64,000 nt of DNA. Source: Candidatus Marinacidobacterales bacterium (GTDB taxonomy: Bacteria; Acidobacteriota; Vicinamibacteria; Marinacidobacterales; SMYC01). Below the pieces are notes generated by a model that saw only the letters and a program-made list of their open reading frames with translations, searched no databases and had not been told where the DNA came from. This document shows, piece by piece, positions 61,823-64,000 of the stretch (positions are counted from its first letter, which is position 1; each line of letters starts with the position of its first letter). Both the position numbers and the translations under genes were made by a program. The DNA lies in contig OZ250169.1 in NCBI GenBank assembly GCA_965237955.1, positions 7,008,001-7,072,000 of the forward strand, read 5' to 3'.

Positions 61823-64000
61823 ATGGATTTCTTTCGCTCGTCGGTGCGGGAGTGGTTCGACGCGAGCTTCGAAGCCCCGACCCGTGTGCAGCGGGAAGGC
61901 TGGCCGGTGCTCGCGCGCGGGGAGCACGCTCTGTTGCTTGCTCCCACCGGGAGCGGCAAGACGCTGGCGGCGTTTCTGTGGGCTATCGACCAAGTCACGC
62001 GCCTCGAGCCCGACGCCACGCCGGGCATCCGCATTCTCTACGTGTCGCCGCTCAAAGCGCTCGTATATGACATCGAGCGGAACCTGCGAGCACCTCTTGC
62101 GGGAATCCGACGCCGGTCCGAGCGCGAGGACCAAGAGCTTCGCAGCGTCCGCGTCGACGTTCGCACCGGTGACACGTCCCCTAAAGAGCGTCGACAACAG
62201 CTTCGCGATCCCGCCGACATCTTGGTGACGACGCCGGAATCGCTGTTCCTGATTCTCGGCTCACAAGCTGCCGCGAACCTAACCCAGGTACATACCGTTA
62301 TCGTCGATGAGATCCACTCGCTCGCGCCGACGAAACGCGGGGTTCACTTGGCATTGTCGCTCGAGCGCCTCGACGAGCTGACACCGAGCGAACCGCAGCG
62401 GATCGGGCTCTCGGCGACAGTGCGACCCCCGCGCGACGTGGCGCGCTTTCTTGGCGGCGACCGCGATGTTCACATCGTCGACGCGAGCGAGCCGGCACAC
62501 ATCGAGCTCTCGATCTGCGTTCCGATTCCGAACATGGAACAAGTTCCGCCACCCAAACCGGTTCCTGCCACCGACGACGGCGGCGCCGTTGCCGGGAAGC
62601 TCGCACGCACAGAAATGCCTCCGGCACGCGAACCGGGCTCGCTCTGGTCCGAGATCTATCCGAAGCTACTCGAGCTCGTCCAAAAACACCGCTCGACCAT
62701 CGTGTTCGTGAACAGCCGAGCGCTCGCCGAGCGACTCGCGCAACGACTGAACGAGCTCGCCGACACGCCGCTCGTGCGCGCGCACCACGGGAGCGTGTCC
62801 CACGCGAAGCGCAACGAGATCGAAGAGGCGCTGAAGAGCGGCGCCCTCAAAGGGCTAGTGGCGACGAGCTCGCTCGAGCTCGGGATCGATATGGGCGCGG
62901 TCGATCTCGTCGTGCTCGTGGAATCTCCGGGCTCGGTCGCGCGCGGGCTCCAGCGCGTGGGGCGCGCCGGGCACGGCGTCGGCGAAACGAGCTTGGGAAT
63001 GATCTTCCCGAAGTTTCGCGGCGACTTGCTGGAGTCGACGGTCGTCGCCCAACGCATGCTCGCCGGTGAAATCGAATCTCTCAAGGTGCCGGAAAACCCC
63101 CTCGACGTTCTCGCGCAACAAGTGGTGGCACTTTGCGCTGACAAACCGCGCCACGTCGACGAGCTACAGGCGCTCGTTCGTCGCGCCGCCCCTTATCGGA
63201 ATCTTTCGCGCGACGCGCTGCTCGCCGTCATCGAGATGCTCTCGGGTCAATACCCGTCGCAGGATTTCGCCGACCTCAGGCCACGGCTCGCATGGGATCG
63301 CGCCCAAGACATCCTTACGCCGCGCAAAGGCGCCAAGATGATCTCGCTTCTGAACGCCGGCACCATCCCGGACCGCGGGCTCTACAGCGTCCACATCGGA
63401 GAAGGAGGCCCGCGCGTCGGCGAGCTCGACGAAGAAATGGTCTACGAGTCTCGGAAAGGTGAGGTCTTCTATCTCGGCGCGTCGTCGTGGAGAGTCGAGG
63501 CCATTACCCGCGATCGCGTGATCGTCTCTCCGGCCCCCGGTGAGCCGGGGAAGATGCCTTTTTGGCGAGGCGACGGCCCGGGCCGGCCGATCGAGCTCGG
63601 ACGCGCCATCGGTGCCTTTCTCCGGAAAATCGACGGCATGAGCACAGACGCCGCACGGCAGTGGCTCGAAGAGCACACGCCGCTCGACACACATTCGGCC
63701 ACGAATCTCGTCACCTACATCGAAGAGCAGAAAGAGCACACCGGCGCGCTCCCGACCGACCGCCACATCGCCGTCGAGCGCTTCCGCGACGAGCTCGGCG
63801 ACTGGCGGGTTTGTATCCTCACGCCGTTCGGATCACGGGTCCACGCACCGTGGGCGCTCGCGATCCAAAACCTTCTCAGCACCCGGACGGGCTACGAAGT
63901 CGAAACCATGTACACCGATGACGGGATCGTACTGCGATTCGCGGACGTCGAGGAGCTTCCCGATCTCGAGTGGCTTTTTCCCGATCCGGAAGAAGTCGAA
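61823..64000 (+). CDS. lhr: Lhr-family ATP-dependent helicase, 5' part; runs off the window edge
   Basis: Not in the ORF track; my translation gives APTGSGKT, YVSPLKAL, RTGDT, TTPESL, VDEIH, GLSATV, HHGS, TSSLELGIDMG, QRVGRAGH. Confidence 0.95.
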   Translation, partial: MDFFRSSVREWFDASFEAPTRVQREGWPVLARGEHALLLAPTGSGKTLAAFLWAIDQVTRLEPDATPGIRILYVSPLKALVYDIERNLRAPLAGIRRRSEREDQELRSVRVDVRTGDTSPKERRQQLRDPADILVTTPESLFLILGSQAAANLTQVHTVIVDEIHSLAPTKRGVHLALSLERLDELTPSEPQRIGLSATVRPPRDVARFLGGDRDVHIVDASEPAHIELSICVPIPNMEQVPPPKPVPATDDGGAVAGKLARTEMPPAREPGSLWSEIYPKLLELVQKHRSTIVFVNSRALAERLAQRLNELADTPLVRAHHGSVSHAKRNEIEEALKSGALKGLVATSSLELGIDMGAVDLVVLVESPGSVARGLQRVGRAGHGVGETSLGMIFPKFRGDLLESTVVAQRMLAGEIESLKVPENPLDVLAQQVVALCADKPRHVDELQALVRRAAPYRNLSRDALLAVIEMLSGQYPSQDFADLRPRLAWDRAQDILTPRKGAKMISLLNAGTIPDRGLYSVHIGEGGPRVGELDEEMVYESRKGEVFYLGASSWRVEAITRDRVIVSPAPGEPGKMPFWRGDGPGRPIELGRAIGAFLRKIDGMSTDAARQWLEEHTPLDTHSATNLVTYIEEQKEHTGALPTDRHIAVERFRDELGDWRVCILTPFGSRVHAPWALAIQNLLSTRTGYEVETMYTDDGIVLRFADVEELPDLEWLFPDPEEVE

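Noticed and set aside
1-64000. CRISPR array or cas genes
   Set aside because: No repeat-spacer periodicity; the repeats seen are short tandems, hairpins or coding Asp/Ser tracts.

Overview
A GC-rich bacterial chromosomal segment; gene content and style suggest Acidobacteriota, but that is an inference. Most of it is housekeeping genes on the minus strand: bshB1-bshA, mutL, glyQS, recO, mgtE, era, corC-like, ybeY, 7TM-HD, phoH, aspS, fadJ-like, icd-mdh-sucCD-ndk-dcd-dut, aspC, coaD, rsmD, recG and a large NAD-glutamate dehydrogenase. coaBC and Lhr are on the plus strand. Accessory content includes a signalling cluster at 0.4-7 kb (two Ser/Thr kinases, a GAF-sigma54 activator, a zinc anti-sigma, an ECF sigma), a complete IS256 in the icd leader, and a decayed island at tRNA-fMet (integrase remnant, DUF6788-like ORF, IS5). 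Four unannotated signals stand out. (1) A structured ~230-nt non-coding transcript with a consensus sigma54 promoter lies next to the activator gene, and its TGTAGYG-N5-CGCTACA enhancer recurs 26 kb away in front of a sigma54-driven orphan 70-aa ORF, suggesting a small regulon. (2) Two homologous ~170-bp intergenic elements are closed by heptamer-repeat inverted arms with compensatory changes. (3) A yjbQ gene is bracketed by ~65-bp heptamer-periodic inverted repeats. (4) A single in-frame TAG splits a GGDEF-PilZ gene. Several single-base frameshifts, mostly at homopolymers, are probably sequencing errors. No CRISPR array or rRNA was seen.
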